Shown piece by piece: positions 61,792-64,000 of a stretch of 64,000 bases of DNA. Under the pieces are notes generated by a model that worked only from the letters and a program-made list of their open reading frames with translations, had not been told where the DNA came from and searched no databases. Made by a program: the position numbers and the translations under genes. This DNA comes from Ginglymostoma cirratum. Its lineage: Eukaryota. How positions within the stretch are numbered: the stretch's first letter is position 1; the number at the start of each line of letters is the position of its first letter. Location of the stretch: positions 34,115,905 through 34,179,904 of the forward strand of contig JAHRHZ010000133.1 in assembly GCA_024137785.1 (NCBI GenBank), written 5' to 3'.

Positions 61792-62684
61792 TGTAGTGAT
61801 TGGAACCAGGTGGACAGCATTGAATGCAGGATCATTGATTGGGGTTGTTAACTTGGGCTAATTAGGGAGCCCTGGCTGATCAAGATTATCAGGGGATTTA
61901 GAATCTCCTCAGTCTAGGTGACTGACTCCGAGCTGGCTGGCCAAAGCCAGTGTACAGTGCGCAAGTAAATAAAAGGTGACTTGGTGATGGGACAGTTATT
62001 TCAGTGGCAACAAGAATGGAATGGCTCCAGCGGAGTTACTGATGGGGAGAAGACTTTGCACCAGCTTAAACCTGATATTCCCAGACCTGGGAAGGAGGGG
62101 CGTGGGCTGAAATGGCAACAGGAACGTCAATGCCTGTCACATTCCTCCTTTAAATGAGAGAGACAATTCAATTCAGGCAATGAAGTTTGGTGCCAGAACC
62201 ATGGAAATGGCCCTGTATTGGTACAAGATAAGGTTGGTCAGGTCCCATGACTTACAAAGTTTGGGTAGGTTCAGCCGTCCTTAATAAACATGTGGATCAC
62301 CCGATAGCTGTTACCCCAGAAATGGAGCAGAAGAAAAAAACATACACGGGCCCCTTAAAACAGCTGGAAAGCCTGTCAGAAACTGTAGGGAGTTCTCCCC
62401 CCTCAATCTAGTGTCAAGGAAATCTCAGAGTCCAAGATGGATGAAGCCTCGATACCATTACTGCCAGAAGAAGAGGAGGAACCTCTCCCAAGACGCAAGA
62501 GGTGGGCTACGGTCCAGTGCACACCATTCATGTCAGAGTCTCAATCAGAGAAACCGGACCTGGAGCGAAAATGTTGGAGGAAATACTGTATGAGAAAGAC
62601 CAGGCCTACATCCCTGGACTTAGGTGGGGAGGTATGTAGAGATTGGAACCAGGTAGCCTCGGTTGACTACGAGATCGTTGATTG
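61792..62684 (+). mobile_element. Internally deleted Gypsy-type LTR retrotransposon (5' LTR, PBS, integrase C-terminal remnant, PPT, truncated 3' LTR)
   Basis: LTR 61792-62003 (TG...CA); PBS-like gtggcaacaag at 62004; 'VWCQNHGNGP...SGPMTYKV...VLNKHVDH' at ~62185-62300; PPT aggtggggagg 62622-62632; 3' LTR restarts tgtagagattggaaccaggt at 62635. Confidence 0.85.
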
Positions 62685-63874
62685 CCATTACAAATGGCCA
62701 GAACGTTTCCTATTCCAACATCAAAGTGAAAGAAGGTCAAATGAAATTGAAAAGAAGCAGAATGGCAAATTGCAAGAATTTGAAAAAATCCAGAAAGCAG
62801 AAGTCAATTTCTAAAAAACTACAAATTAGATTTCAAGACGGTTGTGATGAGCCCTCAAAGTATTCTGCAAAGCTAAAGAAATAGGAGTTAGATATTTAAG
62901 AAACGTTAACAGATTAATATGACAGAAGCAAACTAAAAAAAAATTTACCAATGTTTATAGTTGGCCATGTATAATAGCTTGATAAAAACTATTAGAAACA
63001 CAATAAATATGTGAAGGACTGAAGAGTCAAGCCAATCAATCATAGAACTCATTTAAGCAGTGTCAAAACCCCCAAACTAAGGATTAAGATTCTCTATTCC
63101 TATATCATAGGGATAGCTTACATCATGTATCTGATAACTTGCCAATGATACATTGCAGATGCAGTAACAAACTATTAAAACTGCATGGCAACTTCAGCCA
63201 TCAAGCTTAAATGTGTTACATTGTAATTCAGAGAGTCCAGTTACAGCTGAAATACATCAATATGCTCAAATTATACACAAATACAGAACAGTGTTAATTG
63301 TCATTTAATAACCTCTGTCTAAGCAGTTATTACAATTGTCCTTTAGTCTGCAGTGGTGCTAGTTGAGCTAACGTGAATGTTATGAATAAAGCAATATTAG
63401 TTAGTTTACCACTGTGTCTAATACCTTCTTTGATGACACTAATGAGGCATTAGCTGATCCCCTCAGGTTTAAGCAGTAATTCCATGGTGAATAGCTCCGG
63501 GCAAATCTGTTAATATGTTTTAGATTGAGTTATGTAAATTAGTTCACACACATGCGCAATTAGATATTTTATAATCTTTAGACATGCAATAAAATTTTGT
63601 CCAGATACTTGGTAAAGCTGGAACAGGCAGAATGGGGAAATATTAGCTTAGTTCCTTTGATGTATACTGAATATAATTTTAATAATATAGATCATGTGTA
63701 CTTCCAGGTTTAACCACCTCTCATCCACATTATTGTATTCTAGCTACCAATGAAATAAGAAAGGTAAGGCTGGAATATTACATTTACCCATGAAAGGGTA
63801 ATTAGTGTCAGGGTCTGGTGGCATGCTACCCCAATTAGTAAATGGACAGATGAGTGAAGACTTTACATATTCTG

Positions 63875-64000
63875 AATGATTAGATGAGAATTTAAGAAGA
63901 ATGATTAGTAAGTTTGCGGATGCTACCAAAATTGGTGGCATAGCTGACAGTGAAGAAGGTTACCTAAGATTACAAAGGGATCTTGATCAATTGGGAAAAT
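63875..64000 (+). mobile_element. CR1 RT fragment running off the window end
   Basis: Translates NDLDENLRRMISKFADATKIGGIADSEEGYLRLQRDLDQLG. Confidence 0.9.

Noticed and set aside
62437-62884. Overlapping ORFs of 125 and 73 aa, acidic and Lys-rich
   Set aside because: The first runs through the Gypsy 3' internal region, PPT and LTR into flanking DNA; both look like chance open frames.

Overview
AT-rich, repeat-dense eukaryotic DNA. The repeat content (HE1-type and DeuSINE-type SINEs, CR1/L2/RTE LINEs, Penelope-like elements, Harbinger remnants) points to an elasmobranch (shark) genome. That is an inference from recalled repeat consensus sequences, not a database result. I find no supportable host protein-coding exon, so the window looks intronic or intergenic. 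The ORFs in the supplied track that I could interpret are transposon remnants or minisatellite read-through; the rest look like chance ORFs. Contents: many decayed CR1-clade LINE fragments (one young copy nested in an HE1 SINE), L2 and RTE fragments, three tRNA-derived SINE families, Gypsy LTR remnants, a dead Harbinger transposase plus several Myb/SANT partner-gene remnants, two minisatellites with 10-N gaps, and a compound microsatellite. The most notable signal is a set of short Penelope-derived insertions, several folded back as inverted repeats and flanked by 11-15 bp target-site duplications. Several carry minimal hammerhead-ribozyme cores (CUGANGA...GAAA-CG-UC), intact or decayed, and one seeded a minisatellite. 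There is also an unrecognised dispersed repeat family with a C-rich hypervariable interior. Boundaries of old repeats are approximate (tens of bp).
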